Below are positions 20,101-29,179 of a stretch of 64,000 nt of DNA, piece after piece. Numbering within the stretch: the stretch's first letter is position 1; the number at the start of each line of letters is the position of its first letter. Under the pieces are notes generated by a model. That model saw nothing but the letters and a program-made list of their open reading frames with translations, had not been told where the DNA came from and ran no database searches. Position numbers and translations under genes: made by a program. The stretch is from positions 124,001-188,000 of the IMG/VR virus record IMGVR_UViG_3300032245_001746, one strand, 5' to 3'.

Positions 20101-22128
20101 TCTACAAATCTTTATGTATCATCAACTAATTTTGAACGATTAAGTATAAAGTCAAATAGTACACAGTATGAAATAAGCTCTATAGTAGGTTCTGTTGGCG
20201 GAAGTAATAGAGCTATTCATATTGGACACACTAATGCTGCTGGAGCGTTTACTTCGACATTAACAGTTGCAACTAATGGAAATATTAGTGTCAATGTCGA
20301 TTCTGCTTCGTTCACATTTGGAAAAGTTGGTACTAATAGTTTAGTAGGACAAAATGGCGATCTTTCTGTATTGTCTGGAGGAAATAGAATTCTTTTATTA
20401 GGAGATAATGGAAGTGGGTTAGCATTAGCTAGTTCAGTTGGAATTAATTGGTCTTCCTCAACTTCAGATGCTTATTCTCCTATTGATTATAGATTGCGTA
20501 GAAATGCTGCTGGCCAACTTGATGCTAGGGGTGATGGTGGATTACGAATTCGTAATTTGGCAAACTCAGCAGATGCTCCATTAACCGTTGGCGCAATCAC
20601 GGCGAGTGGCGACATTACTTCAACAGGATTCAAAAGTGGAAATGGCGGGTTATTTTTTCCTGCTGGATATACTGTATTAAGAGATTATTCTGGAAATAAT
20701 GTTTTTGGGGTTAACGCTACAGCGAATATACCTGTATGTTCAACAAATGGATATGGGATAGGAGTCAATTATTATACTCCAGATGTTATCTTAACAAGAG
20801 ATAATGCAAATATTCTTGCTTTACGTAATACGACTAATGCACAAACATTAAGACTATATAATACATATACTTCATCTACTAACAATGAATTTTTACAAAT
20901 CAGAGCAGTAGCTGGAGCTAATTTTGAAATAGGACCACAAAATAGATCTATTGGCGGATCGCTTAGAGGATTAACTATTGGAGGATATGTTGCAGGTAGT
21001 AACACAATTACTCCTTGGATGAAATTTGAAGATGGATATAATTACTCTCATCAGCATTTAAATATGCAAGATAAAAGTATCTTCAATGTTTATCGCCTTG
21101 AAAATTCATCTCAAATGCTTATTAATAGCCCAGAAGTATTTTTCGAAACATCAAATATTAGATTCAAAAATAATTGTTTAAGAACAGATGCAACTTCATC
21201 AGATCCATTCATCTTATATATGGTTGGAAAAACTTATGATGAAAGTGATGATGAATTTATTTCAATTAAAACTGCGTCAACTAGTGATTTTGAGTTTGGA
21301 GTTGGTCACAATAGTGTTGGGTCTTCTGTACAAAGAGGGCTTATAATTGGTAGTTATGATTCCACAATTAATGATACAATTAATCCTTGGCTTAAATTTT
21401 CTACTACTGGTTCTGCTGAATTTTTTGATGCATCAGAATCAATAGTTAAAATAAGTTCTGGCGGTTTGTGTATACAATCAAATCAACTTTTAAAAATGTA
21501 TGATAATGTTGAAAATTCTTATATGTACATAACAGCATTAGACAATACGTTTTATATAAGAAATTTTGATAATGATAAAAATATAGATTTAGAAGCTAAA
21601 GAATTACGTGCTGGGTCAATTTGTACTTATAACACACTCACGCCAATGCCTATAGGGAATTTAACCGAAATCACCAGATTTTATGTTGATGGTGGAATAT
21701 CTGAATTTAATGGTGGAACTGCATTAAACGAAATTAAACATGCTAGAATTTGTCCTCCGACATATTCTAACAGCGTTTCATCTACAATAACTTCTGCTTC
21801 TTCTTTATGTATAGATGGACCGCCAATAGCGGGCACTAATGTGTCAATAACTAATAGTTATGCATTAAAAATTGAATCTGGAAATATATGCTTTTTTAAT
21901 GGTGTTAATATAGTTACAGATATAACTGTTGGTACAAAAATTGGAACAAGTTCTACTCAAAAATTAGGATTTTGGAATGCAACTCCAGTTACACAACCAA
22001 CTACATCGGTTGCTGCTGCAACTCGTGTTGGTAATGCTGGAACTACAATTACAACAGCCGATACTTTTGACGGATACACTATAGCCCAAGTAATTAAAGC
22101 TCTTAGATCTGTTGGGGTTTTAGCTTAA
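17143..22128 (+). CDS. Long tail fibre / receptor-binding protein
   Basis: 1661 aa, Gly/Ser/Thr/Ala-rich, internal repeats, C-terminal KLGFWNATPV..QP..AL..G fibre tip motif. Confidence 0.85.
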   Translation: MNQVFRVVTRLQDLDDFYGSLTDDQYLSFDSSLDKFTLKSFNFIPISGYNNPISLGNLGDSNSVDPLLTISRTISSGSTNAHAFSDSSNFIRNGYAYNSFDARINAGFSGHTYDHYAAFQSLPNINNGSWSDVYGFYSSATVNGNITRFNHAWVDDCIGTGSITTQYGYYCASLAKATNNWAFYSAGSTPSRIGELSVGDKFWITPTNTSVEIGYNIRYKNGDWYPTETSSYYCLLEPHYPSTNSFAIFTGTTPSDANAPISDWHVSLRCANDSTAIGPSGPFIFGTISNMVQIGGVSSSFPAIKRNGAAINFRVANDSADADITSKGLTASGPILSTNTYTSATNFEQLRIRSNSTQYEVSSIVGSAGGSPRPIQIGHTNAAGIFSSALSIAIDGGVLASGTVSSVGSVATRFTAERTATANALIELKTSAGSIFVGQGASGIFGVSNAPDLTAAAFKVTTSTGDVSAGAITASGKITTGTSTTSQQGLLTNRIDPIDQGGVLIGFGSGSIGTMIVNQFNVVYQSTTRKVFSSTTNLNSTADLSYGRDSAGVFGIYTTAAGSTKAALTCGAITASSFNWVQADSSGGRNRLIAGAASGIDIQANENTNPLFRITYAGTEYPLSITRAAITANVPILVTNVYTSTTNFEQLRIRSNSTQYEISSIIGSAGGSNRDIVIGHVDAAGTMTAALTGVTIYASGLVESRRVYLWESFQGHYSFGRNAILGASSAAGVVGGDFGITAATNAAGTVDTRLRRLGSGSLGLISGDANSTTYGSFTAGAITANGLITTSGSANTYSVTLPNTVGIAARNSGNTAWNRILNYTAANQCAVGDFDGGGGGLGLYGSGANLWTISSAGHLAASGAFNITTTGTVTAPVVSFPNTTTPAFPASGIIAFCPGSSDLWFRSAYGSSYIQIGGGSTTTFASAGNMTVSGAGGVRLQSNPLSSGPTVFAKVPSTTAINFRNNADSADIDLTAGAITVSGPILSTNLYVSSTNFERLSIKSNSTQYEISSIVGSVGGSNRAIHIGHTNAAGAFTSTLTVATNGNISVNVDSASFTFGKVGTNSLVGQNGDLSVLSGGNRILLLGDNGSGLALASSVGINWSSSTSDAYSPIDYRLRRNAAGQLDARGDGGLRIRNLANSADAPLTVGAITASGDITSTGFKSGNGGLFFPAGYTVLRDYSGNNVFGVNATANIPVCSTNGYGIGVNYYTPDVILTRDNANILALRNTTNAQTLRLYNTYTSSTNNEFLQIRAVAGANFEIGPQNRSIGGSLRGLTIGGYVAGSNTITPWMKFEDGYNYSHQHLNMQDKSIFNVYRLENSSQMLINSPEVFFETSNIRFKNNCLRTDATSSDPFILYMVGKTYDESDDEFISIKTASTSDFEFGVGHNSVGSSVQRGLIIGSYDSTINDTINPWLKFSTTGSAEFFDASESIVKISSGGLCIQSNQLLKMYDNVENSYMYITALDNTFYIRNFDNDKNIDLEAKELRAGSICTYNTLTPMPIGNLTEITRFYVDGGISEFNGGTALNEIKHARICPPTYSNSVSSTITSASSLCIDGPPIAGTNVSITNSYALKIESGNICFFNGVNIVTDITVGTKIGTSSTQKLGFWNATPVTQPTTSVAAATRVGNAGTTITTADTFDGYTIAQVIKALRSVGVLA
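18138..20245 (+). repeat. Three ~52-codon internal repeats in tail fibre (~18138, ~19042, ~20088)
   Basis: PILxTNxYxSxTNFExLxIxSNSTQYExSSIxGSxGGSxRxIxIGH occurs three times. Confidence 0.85.
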
Positions 22129-22131
22129 AAC

Positions 22132-22169
22132 TATTTTTCAAAATTAAAATTATTTTTCAAAATTAAAAT
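22132..22169. repeat. 19-bp tandem duplication
   Basis: TATTTTTCAAAATTAAAAT twice, immediately after the fibre stop codon. Confidence 0.8.
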
Positions 22170-22216
22170 TTAAGCCAAACTATATTAATTACACTCTTTT
22201 ATATAAGGTAAATAAA

Positions 22217-22570
22217 ATGGCATTAAGTTTAAAAGAAAATGAAAAATTAACAATTCCTGCAACTCAAGAGAAAATATTAGATAAATTATGGATTAGACAA
22301 ATAATTATTCAAACACCATCTCCTCTCGTAGAAGGAAGTGTTAAGATGGAATATGGACCTTGGTCTGGAAATATGGCAGAAGATGCTGTCTGGAGAGATG
22401 TAGACGGTAATGATATTACTAAGTTTATCAGCATTAATAATTTATATTCAACTATGATAGAATGTCCAGAATTAAAATTTGCTTTTGATGCAATTTTATC
22501 TGCAATTTTGCCTTTACAGGCATTTTTAGACGCAAAAGAATCAGAAGTTGAAGAATCAGAAGTTGTTTAA
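22217..22570 (+). CDS. Hypothetical protein, possible fibre chaperone
   Basis: Immediately downstream of tail fibre; AAGG RBS. Confidence 0.6.
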   Translation: MALSLKENEKLTIPATQEKILDKLWIRQIIIQTPSPLVEGSVKMEYGPWSGNMAEDAVWRDVDGNDITKFISINNLYSTMIECPELKFAFDAILSAILPLQAFLDAKESEVEESEVV

Positions 22571-22610
22571 TTTGTAAAATTTTAAATATGTTAAAAAAGA
22601 AAGGTAAATT

Positions 22611-22799
22611 ATGGAATTATTAATTAATAAAGAAGAACAACAACAATTGTTGTCATGTCTTGATGTTGCAATTAAGTCTGCTCAAAATAGTCTTCAAACA
22701 GCAAGTGTTTTGTTGCCTTTGGCAAGTAAAATTAGTCTTTTGAAAGATGATGAAGAAGAAGAAAAAAAATCTGATGGTAAAAATCCTAGAAAAAAATAA
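22611..22799 (+). CDS. Small hypothetical protein
   Basis: AAGG RBS; 62 aa. Confidence 0.65.
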   Translation: MELLINKEEQQQLLSCLDVAIKSAQNSLQTASVLLPLASKISLLKDDEEEEKKSDGKNPRKK

Positions 22800-22818
22800 T
22801 CAAATTAATTAAAATATA

Positions 22819-22858
22819 AAAAACCCTAATAAAAACCCTAATTTTTATTAGGGTTTTT
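22819..22858. terminator. Intrinsic terminator
   Basis: AAAAACCCTAATAAAAA-N6-TTTTTATTAGGGTTTTT. Confidence 0.75.
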
Positions 22859-22903
22859 ATTTTTTAAAATGTTCTTAATATATAATTTAAAAGGAGACGA
22901 TAT

Positions 22904-23350
22904 ATGAAAGTAGAAGCATTAGAAGTAAATGAATTTGTTAATTCTTTAAGCTTGGAAGTTCCAGCACCTGTTGGAACCGTTGTAGTTAATAATTTAAGTA
23001 TTAATTCTGTTATGGATAGCTTAAAATTAAAATGGGATGAATTTAAGAAAACAGCAAAAGAAAATGGTACATTTTCATCACAATCTGCAGTTAAATTTCT
23101 ATTTTTATCTCTTGATGCTTTAATTTTAGTTGTTGAAAAATTAATTCCTGGTGAAAAGGGTTCAGATAAAAAAGCTACTGTTTTATTGGCTATAAGTGGT
23201 TTGTATGATTATGTGATTAAACAATTTATGCCAGTATGGTTGAAACCTTTTTCTGGATATATTAAAAACTTTTTCGTTACAGTAGTATGTTCTATAGCTA
23301 TAGATTGGATTGTATCAAAATATAATAAAGGTACATGGTCATTGTCTTAA
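22904..23350 (+). CDS. Putative membrane / holin-like protein
   Basis: Hydrophobic helices, G.DKK motif, strong AAGGAG RBS. Confidence 0.45.
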   Translation: MKVEALEVNEFVNSLSLEVPAPVGTVVVNNLSINSVMDSLKLKWDEFKKTAKENGTFSSQSAVKFLFLSLDALILVVEKLIPGEKGSDKKATVLLAISGLYDYVIKQFMPVWLKPFSGYIKNFFVTVVCSIAIDWIVSKYNKGTWSLS

Positions 23351-23382
23351 TTGAAATTTAATTCATGTTGAAAGGAGTCAAT

Positions 23383-24324
23383 ATGTCAAAAAAAATAAAA
23401 TTTAAATTACCAAAAGTAATAAGAGAAGATATTTTACAATTGTCTTCAACTCAACAAATTGGTTGGAGTATTTCAGCATTTGGGGTCCCAGATGTTTGGA
23501 AACACACACAAGGAGAAGGTGTTAAAATTGCAATTTTAGATTCTGGATGTGATTTAGACCATCCAGATTTGAAAGATAATTTGCTTACTGGTATAAATTT
23601 TATAAATTTAAACAAATCTCCTGAAGATGATAATGGTCATGGTTCTCATACAACTGGCATTATTGTTGCATCTAATAATGAAATTGGCATGATTGGTGTT
23701 GCACCTAGAGCTAAAGTTATTCCAGTAAAAGTTTTAGATTCTAAAGGTTCTGGAGATTTAGAACATGTAGTTAAAGGAATTCGTTGGGCTGTAGACAACG
23801 GAGTAGATATCATTTCAATGTCTTTAGGCTGTCCATTTCCTATACAAAATGTAAGAAAAGCCATTCAATATGCAGATAAAAATGGAATTCCTGTTTTTTG
23901 TGCTGCAGGAAATGCTGGTAAAACAAAAGAACTTTTTTATCCATCAAATTATCCAGAAACTATAGCTGTTGGTTCTATTGATGAAACTTTAAGTAGATCA
24001 TCATTTTCCAACACTGGTGAGAATTTAGATTTCATGGCACCAGGTGGAAAAATATTTTCAACAATACCTGATAATTGGTATGGATATATGTCTGGAACAA
24101 GCATGGCATGTCCTTTTGTCGTCGGTCTGTCTGCACTTTGTTTATCATATCAAAGAATTAAATATCCTGATAAAAAATTATCAGGATCAAAAGATTTTAT
24201 TAACTTATTGAAAAAACATGTTGTTAACACAATAGATGTTGATGCAAACAACAAACAATTTTATCAAGGTTATGGAATAATTGATGTGAAAGCTTTAAAA
24301 GAAGAATTTTTAAAAAATAATTGA
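23383..24324 (+). CDS. Subtilisin-like serine protease (S8)
   Basis: Catalytic triad ILDSG, GHGSH, SGTSMA.P; AAGN oxyanion motif; AAGGAG RBS supports the 23383 start. Confidence 0.95.
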   Translation: MSKKIKFKLPKVIREDILQLSSTQQIGWSISAFGVPDVWKHTQGEGVKIAILDSGCDLDHPDLKDNLLTGINFINLNKSPEDDNGHGSHTTGIIVASNNEIGMIGVAPRAKVIPVKVLDSKGSGDLEHVVKGIRWAVDNGVDIISMSLGCPFPIQNVRKAIQYADKNGIPVFCAAGNAGKTKELFYPSNYPETIAVGSIDETLSRSSFSNTGENLDFMAPGGKIFSTIPDNWYGYMSGTSMACPFVVGLSALCLSYQRIKYPDKKLSGSKDFINLLKKHVVNTIDVDANNKQFYQGYGIIDVKALKEEFLKNN

Positions 24325-24918
24325 TTCATATTCTTTTAAAATTTTAGAAATAACATTGTTTATTTGTTTGATTTCATCAGGGTCAGATGAGTCTTTTAAG
24401 TCTAATTTAAGTTTTCTTAAAGCAATAATATCTTTTTTTAAGTTAAACATTAAAGATTGTTTTTTTTGTATTTCTTTTTCGTTATTTTCTATATAATCAT
24501 TTTTTATATCTGATTTTAATTTATTTAAAAATAACTTCAAATCTCTTAAAGTTATTTTTTTTGTTTTTTTAAATTTAATTTTTGAAAAAATTTTATTAAA
24601 GAATTTTTTCAATTTAAATATCCAATTTTCTTCCTCTTTCAGATCTTCATCTTCTAGAGATAGAACATTTACATTGTCAACGTTGATAGGCTTTATCAAA
24701 ATAGGAATTTGATTGATTAAATTTTGTTTTTTTGCAATTTCTTCATCATTTTTCTTTAACATTTCATGCACTTCATCCTTTGTTTCAGGAGTAACTGCAT
24801 ATTCCAATGCACATAATTTACAACAATAAAATTGTTCTTCTTGTTTATTTATTATTTCTGTAATAGAACAATTTTTTAATTCATTACATGGTTTTTTTGT
24901 AAATGGACAATTTGACAT
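24310..24918 (-). CDS. Zn-finger / coiled-coil protein, possibly McsA-like
   Basis: N-terminal C..C..ITEII....CKLCA and C-terminal coiled coil. Confidence 0.4.
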   Translation of the reverse strand: MSNCPFTKKPCNELKNCSITEIINKQEEQFYCCKLCALEYAVTPETKDEVHEMLKKNDEEIAKKQNLINQIPILIKPINVDNVNVLSLEDEDLKEEENWIFKLKKFFNKIFSKIKFKKTKKITLRDLKLFLNKLKSDIKNDYIENNEKEIQKKQSLMFNLKKDIIALRKLKLDLKDSSDPDEIKQINNVISKILKEYESIIF

Positions 24919-24931
24919 TTTTTTCCTAATT

Positions 24932-25774
24932 TTAAGTGGTTGAAGGATTTGGACTGCCTAAAATTTTTAATTTAAAACCCTCACCAGCAACTGATTCAGA
25001 GCTTGGCGGGACGGTTCTTTTTATCCATAGAGGAAATCCTTCTTCTGGATATAAATTTCCAATTGAAATAGTTGTTAAATTACTAGTTTCAAAGAAATTA
25101 ACATTATATGGTATGGTTGTGTCTACATCTAGTAAAGTTGGAATTGAATTAATTGGAGAACCAATTGAAGATTTTGTTACAGATGCCGTAATTGCTCCAA
25201 TCAAATTTGTTTTATCAATATTAAATAAATCATGACTTCTTTTATCATCTAATCCATCAAAATTAATTTTAAATTGAATATTATTAATTCCTAAATTAAA
25301 ATTAACAGTTACATTTTCAAGACTTTCGATAGATCTTAAAGCAGTTTGTAAATTTTCTGTCCAAATAACAGGATTTAAATCAAAATTTACATTTCTGTAT
25401 TCAATTTCTGTTTTTCCTAAAGGTTTGTAAGATATGGTAAAATAACCATTCGATATAACTCCTGTAATTATTACATCTTGTATTTCTTTTTCTGATCTTA
25501 TTCCTAATTCAATTGTAGAAATTGTATTTGCAATATTTAATGTATATAATTGCAAATTATAAATTGTATCAACAGAGTTATTGTTAAATATATAAATACA
25601 TCTGTAGCTCGTAGAACCTACAGACGCTTCTTCTCTTGCAACATTATCAAATAAGTTATTTAATTGACCTGTCACAGGATATGATGAAGGATCACCACCA
25701 ATGGATAAATTTGGATTAGAATTACTAGAACCTCCAGTTAAAGTAACGACTAAATCTGTTGATTTTGCAGCCAT
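24932..25774 (-). CDS. Probable virion structural protein
   Basis: GG.SN..P..S.GG, NLFDNV..EA..G...YRCIY..N, LWIKRTVP motifs. Confidence 0.6.
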   Translation of the reverse strand: MAAKSTDLVVTLTGGSSNSNPNLSIGGDPSSYPVTGQLNNLFDNVAREEASVGSTSYRCIYIFNNNSVDTIYNLQLYTLNIANTISTIELGIRSEKEIQDVIITGVISNGYFTISYKPLGKTEIEYRNVNFDLNPVIWTENLQTALRSIESLENVTVNFNLGINNIQFKINFDGLDDKRSHDLFNIDKTNLIGAITASVTKSSIGSPINSIPTLLDVDTTIPYNVNFFETSNLTTISIGNLYPEEGFPLWIKRTVPPSSESVAGEGFKLKILGSPNPSTT

Positions 25775-25860
25775 TTATTGTTTTTCCTTTTAAGTAATGA
25801 TTTATTTATTTTTTTTACACTATTTTTGCATAGTCTATTACAATATTAGAGGAATATTTG

Positions 25861-26622
25861 ATGTTATTTGAAGATAAAAAAATAATTTGGATAGAAGATA
25901 AACAAAAATTAAGACAAGCTTTTACAACTGGTGTCGAATATGCTTTTGTAAATTCTAAAAATTACCAAGCATGTCCTTTTGTATTTTGTAAAGATTTTCT
26001 GCAAGACGCACTCCATGCCAGAATTGTAAATGAAAAACGAGGAATACATGGTTTTTATTATGATCCATCTCAAAATAAAACTATAAATCTAAACAAAACA
26101 TTAATTTTAGTTACAAATTCTGAAGATGTATTGCTAGAGCAACGAATGGAAAGTTGTTTAGATTTTATACATCAATTAGAAGATAAATTTTCATTTAATA
26201 CTAAAACTAAAATATTAAAATGTCTGTCTCCTCCATTGAAATATATTAGATCTGGGGTTTTTTGTTTTGAAGCATCTAAAAGATGGATAATTGCTCCACC
26301 AATGATTTCTATGTATACGCTATTAATTAGAGTTGGTTTAGGTCATATAATTGGGCAAAAATTCAATAAAACTCTTGAAAAAATAGAATTGAAAGAGCAA
26401 AAGCCATATCAACATGTTGATGGACACAGAATACAACATGCCATAAAATCTATAAATTATATTATTTCTAAAGGAGATAAAAAAATATTTGGGAGTAAAA
26501 TTAAAGATAATTATCCAAAACATATTAAAACTTCTGTAATGCACAATGATCTTGGAATTATTGGATTTAGTAGAAAATTAACAAAAAATAAAATGCCTCA
26601 ATGGTTTAAGGAAAAAATATGA
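25861..26622 (+). CDS. Hypothetical protein coupled to COOH-NH2 ligase
   Basis: Overlapping ATGA junction with the ligase; GAGG RBS. Confidence 0.7.
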   Translation: MLFEDKKIIWIEDKQKLRQAFTTGVEYAFVNSKNYQACPFVFCKDFLQDALHARIVNEKRGIHGFYYDPSQNKTINLNKTLILVTNSEDVLLEQRMESCLDFIHQLEDKFSFNTKTKILKCLSPPLKYIRSGVFCFEASKRWIIAPPMISMYTLLIRVGLGHIIGQKFNKTLEKIELKEQKPYQHVDGHRIQHAIKSINYIISKGDKKIFGSKIKDNYPKHIKTSVMHNDLGIIGFSRKLTKNKMPQWFKEKI

Positions 26623-27545
26623 CAAAAATAGGCACAGATCCAGAATTTATGTTAGAAAAAGATGGAAAGATTTATTCTGCCATTCCGATTTTAAATAAAA
26701 AGAAAAAAATAAATTATTCTTCTTTTTATCATGATAATGTTTTGGCAGAGTGTACAGTCAAGCCTTCTTCTAATAAAGAAGAATTTTTAAATAATATTAA
26801 AGAATCTTTATGTAACTTTTCAAAACTAGTTCATCCTTATAAGTTAATTTCAAAATCTGCTCATTATTATGATAAATCAGAATTATCTTCAGAAAAATCG
26901 TTTGAAATATCATGCGATGCAGAAAAATGCGTTTATGACTTAAAAGTCATACATCAAGATGAACAGATTTTAAGATCTACTAATTTAAGAACAGCCGGTG
27001 GACACATTCATATTGGAGACAATATCTTAAAAGATAAATATAAATCTTTATCTTGTGTTAAAATGATGGATTTATTTGTTGGATTTACTTCAATTTATTT
27101 AGATAAAAATAAAGATGCTGTAGTCAGAAAAAAACTATTTGGCAAAGCTGGTAGATTCAGAGATAAAAATTATGGTATAGAATATAGAAGTATAAGTAAT
27201 TTTTGGCTTAACAATCCATATTATGCTGCATTTATATTTGATTTAAGTTGTTTTGTAGTTGATTTTATTAAAAGCAACAAAGATGAAGAATTGTGGAGTG
27301 TGAATATTTCAAAAATTGAAAATCCTAATAGTTGGCGTGATTTGTCTTTTAATGAAAAAGATTGTTATCAATGTAAAGGGTATGATCTACCATTATTGAT
27401 TGAATGTATTAATAATCATAAAAAGTGTAAAAAAATATTTAATTTTATTAAAAATATATTGCCTGCTAATCTGTTTGATAGATATCAAAATTTAATAAAC
27501 AACAAATTTTCTGATGATTTAATGTATAATTGGAATATTTATTAA
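26619..27545 (+). CDS. phiEco32-like COOH-NH2 ligase (glutamine synthetase fold)
   Basis: IGTDPEF, DNVLAE, LRTAGGHIHIG, GKAGRFR.K.YGIEYRS.SNFW. Confidence 0.85.
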   Translation: MTKIGTDPEFMLEKDGKIYSAIPILNKKKKINYSSFYHDNVLAECTVKPSSNKEEFLNNIKESLCNFSKLVHPYKLISKSAHYYDKSELSSEKSFEISCDAEKCVYDLKVIHQDEQILRSTNLRTAGGHIHIGDNILKDKYKSLSCVKMMDLFVGFTSIYLDKNKDAVVRKKLFGKAGRFRDKNYGIEYRSISNFWLNNPYYAAFIFDLSCFVVDFIKSNKDEELWSVNISKIENPNSWRDLSFNEKDCYQCKGYDLPLLIECINNHKKCKKIFNFIKNILPANLFDRYQNLINNKFSDDLMYNWNIY

Positions 27546-27602
27546 TAGTAATTCTGTTAAATTACTATTAATAAATAGTATTAAATCATTTTGGATATTA
27601 AC

Positions 27603-28496
27603 ATGAATATATTTGTAACTGGTGGTACTGGATTTATTGGAAATGCAATAGTGCAATGTCTGTCTAAAAATGCAAATAATAAAATATTTGTTTTAGGAAC
27701 TAATAATGAATTAAAATTACCAGTCAATTGTTTTTATTATGATTATAAAAATTTCAATTTAAATAATTTTTTAATTAAAAATAAAATAGATATTTTATAT
27801 CATCAAGCAGCAAATAATAATACTCAAGATAAAAATAAAAAACAAATGTTATTTGATAATTATTATTATTTTTGTGATTTTTTTGATAAATTTTACGAAA
27901 ATGGTTGTAAAAAATATGTTTACGCAAGTTCATGCGCAGTTTATGGAAACTCTAAATCTCCATATATTGAAAATTCAACAGAATTAAATCCTTTAACTTA
28001 TTATGGATTATCTAAAAAATTATTTGATGAATTTGCTATGAACTTCTATTCAGATGCCTCTGTTGTTGGTTTAAGATATTCAAACGTATATGGATTTAAT
28101 GAAAGCCATAAATCTCATAGAGCAAGTATGATTTATCAAATGATAAATAATTTAAGAAAAAATAAAAATCAAAAATTATTTAAAGATGGAAGCCAAAGTA
28201 GAGATTGGATTTTTATAGATGATGTTGTTTTAGCTAATTTATTAGCATTAAATTATAATGGTACTGCAATTTTTAATTGTGGTTCTGGAATTTCTACTTC
28301 ATTTTTAGAAATATTTAATTTTTTAAAAGAAGAATTAAATTCAAATTCTGAAATAGAATTTATATCAAATGATATTGAATCAACATATCAAAATTTTACA
28401 TGTTGTAATATTGATTTAATTAAATCGGCATTAGGATTTCAACCTAAATTTTCAATTTGGAATGGAATGAAAAAAGTCATATCAAATTTGATATGA
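27603..28496 (+). CDS. hldD: NAD-dependent epimerase, ADP-glyceromanno-heptose 6-epimerase-like
   Basis: TGGTGFIG, YASS.AVYG, YGLSK, LRYSNVYG.NESHK..RASM, YQ.FT. Confidence 0.75.
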   Translation: MNIFVTGGTGFIGNAIVQCLSKNANNKIFVLGTNNELKLPVNCFYYDYKNFNLNNFLIKNKIDILYHQAANNNTQDKNKKQMLFDNYYYFCDFFDKFYENGCKKYVYASSCAVYGNSKSPYIENSTELNPLTYYGLSKKLFDEFAMNFYSDASVVGLRYSNVYGFNESHKSHRASMIYQMINNLRKNKNQKLFKDGSQSRDWIFIDDVVLANLLALNYNGTAIFNCGSGISTSFLEIFNFLKEELNSNSEIEFISNDIESTYQNFTCCNIDLIKSALGFQPKFSIWNGMKKVISNLI

Positions 28497-28502
28497 CTTT
28501 TT
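28471..28502. terminator. Bidirectional terminator (perfect 32-bp palindrome)
   Basis: AAAAAGTCATATCAAA/TTTGATATGACTTTTT between convergent genes. Confidence 0.8.
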
Positions 28503-28525
28503 AGAATTTTAAGTTTTTTTATAAT

Positions 28526-29131
28526 TTATTTAATCACGTATCCAGTAATTGGATCGATTTTTGGAAGTTCTTCCAAGTTTTCATAATTGTAACTTTTTGG
28601 CAATTCCATCATTTTGCTTAAAGATTGTAAAAATTCAACATCTTCTTTTTTAACTTTTTTATCGTCACACTTTTCGTCTTTTTTGTCTTTTTCTTCTTTC
28701 TTTTCTTTTTTGTCTTTTTTATCGTCACACTTTTCGTCTTTTTTCATTTTCTTTTTCATGAAAAGTTTTTTATCACTTGATTCATCAGATTCATCTGAAT
28801 CTTCATCATCCATTTTATCTCTTAATTCATCATCTGACGATTCTTCGTCTTCTGGTGATTCTTCATTTCCTTTTTCATCATCTTTTTTAGGTAAATCTTT
28901 TTCAGATTTAGGTTTTACTGTTTCTCCGTCGCCTGTTGAATCTAATGGTTTTTCATCTTCTAATTCTTCACCACCATCTAATTCCATTTTCTTTTTCATT
29001 GCTTTCTTTTTTGCTTCTAAAATATCATAAAAAGCAGAAAGATTTGGATTAACAACGCTTTGGGCACTTTTTACACCTAATGATTGATCATAAGATTCAT
29101 TTATTTTTTGCCATTCTCTAAATGTTATCAT
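28526..29131 (-). CDS. Highly charged low-complexity protein with leader (possible head core protein)
   Basis: MITFREW..INE; D/E/K-rich; internal KKDEKCDDKK duplication with 60-bp period. Confidence 0.75.
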   Translation of the reverse strand: MITFREWQKINESYDQSLGVKSAQSVVNPNLSAFYDILEAKKKAMKKKMELDGGEELEDEKPLDSTGDGETVKPKSEKDLPKKDDEKGNEESPEDEESSDDELRDKMDDEDSDESDESSDKKLFMKKKMKKDEKCDDKKDKKEKKEEKDKKDEKCDDKKVKKEDVEFLQSLSKMMELPKSYNYENLEELPKIDPITGYVIK

Positions 29132-29179
29132 ATATTTTTTACCTTTAAATAAAATGTTTCTTTAACTATATATTTTATC

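Noticed and set aside
18138-20245. Fibre repeats as a DGR template/variable pair or shufflon
   Set aside because: Differences are not adenine-specific, the repeats are in-frame coding units, and there is no reverse transcriptase or invertase in the window.
28655-28744. Direct repeat with 60-bp period as a CRISPR-like array
   Set aside because: Only two copies, in frame within a low-complexity CDS.
28614-29030. 138-aa Ser/Phe-rich plus-strand ORF
   Set aside because: Antisense shadow of the charged low-complexity gene 28526..29131; the same applies to most short ORFs nested antisense within longer genes.
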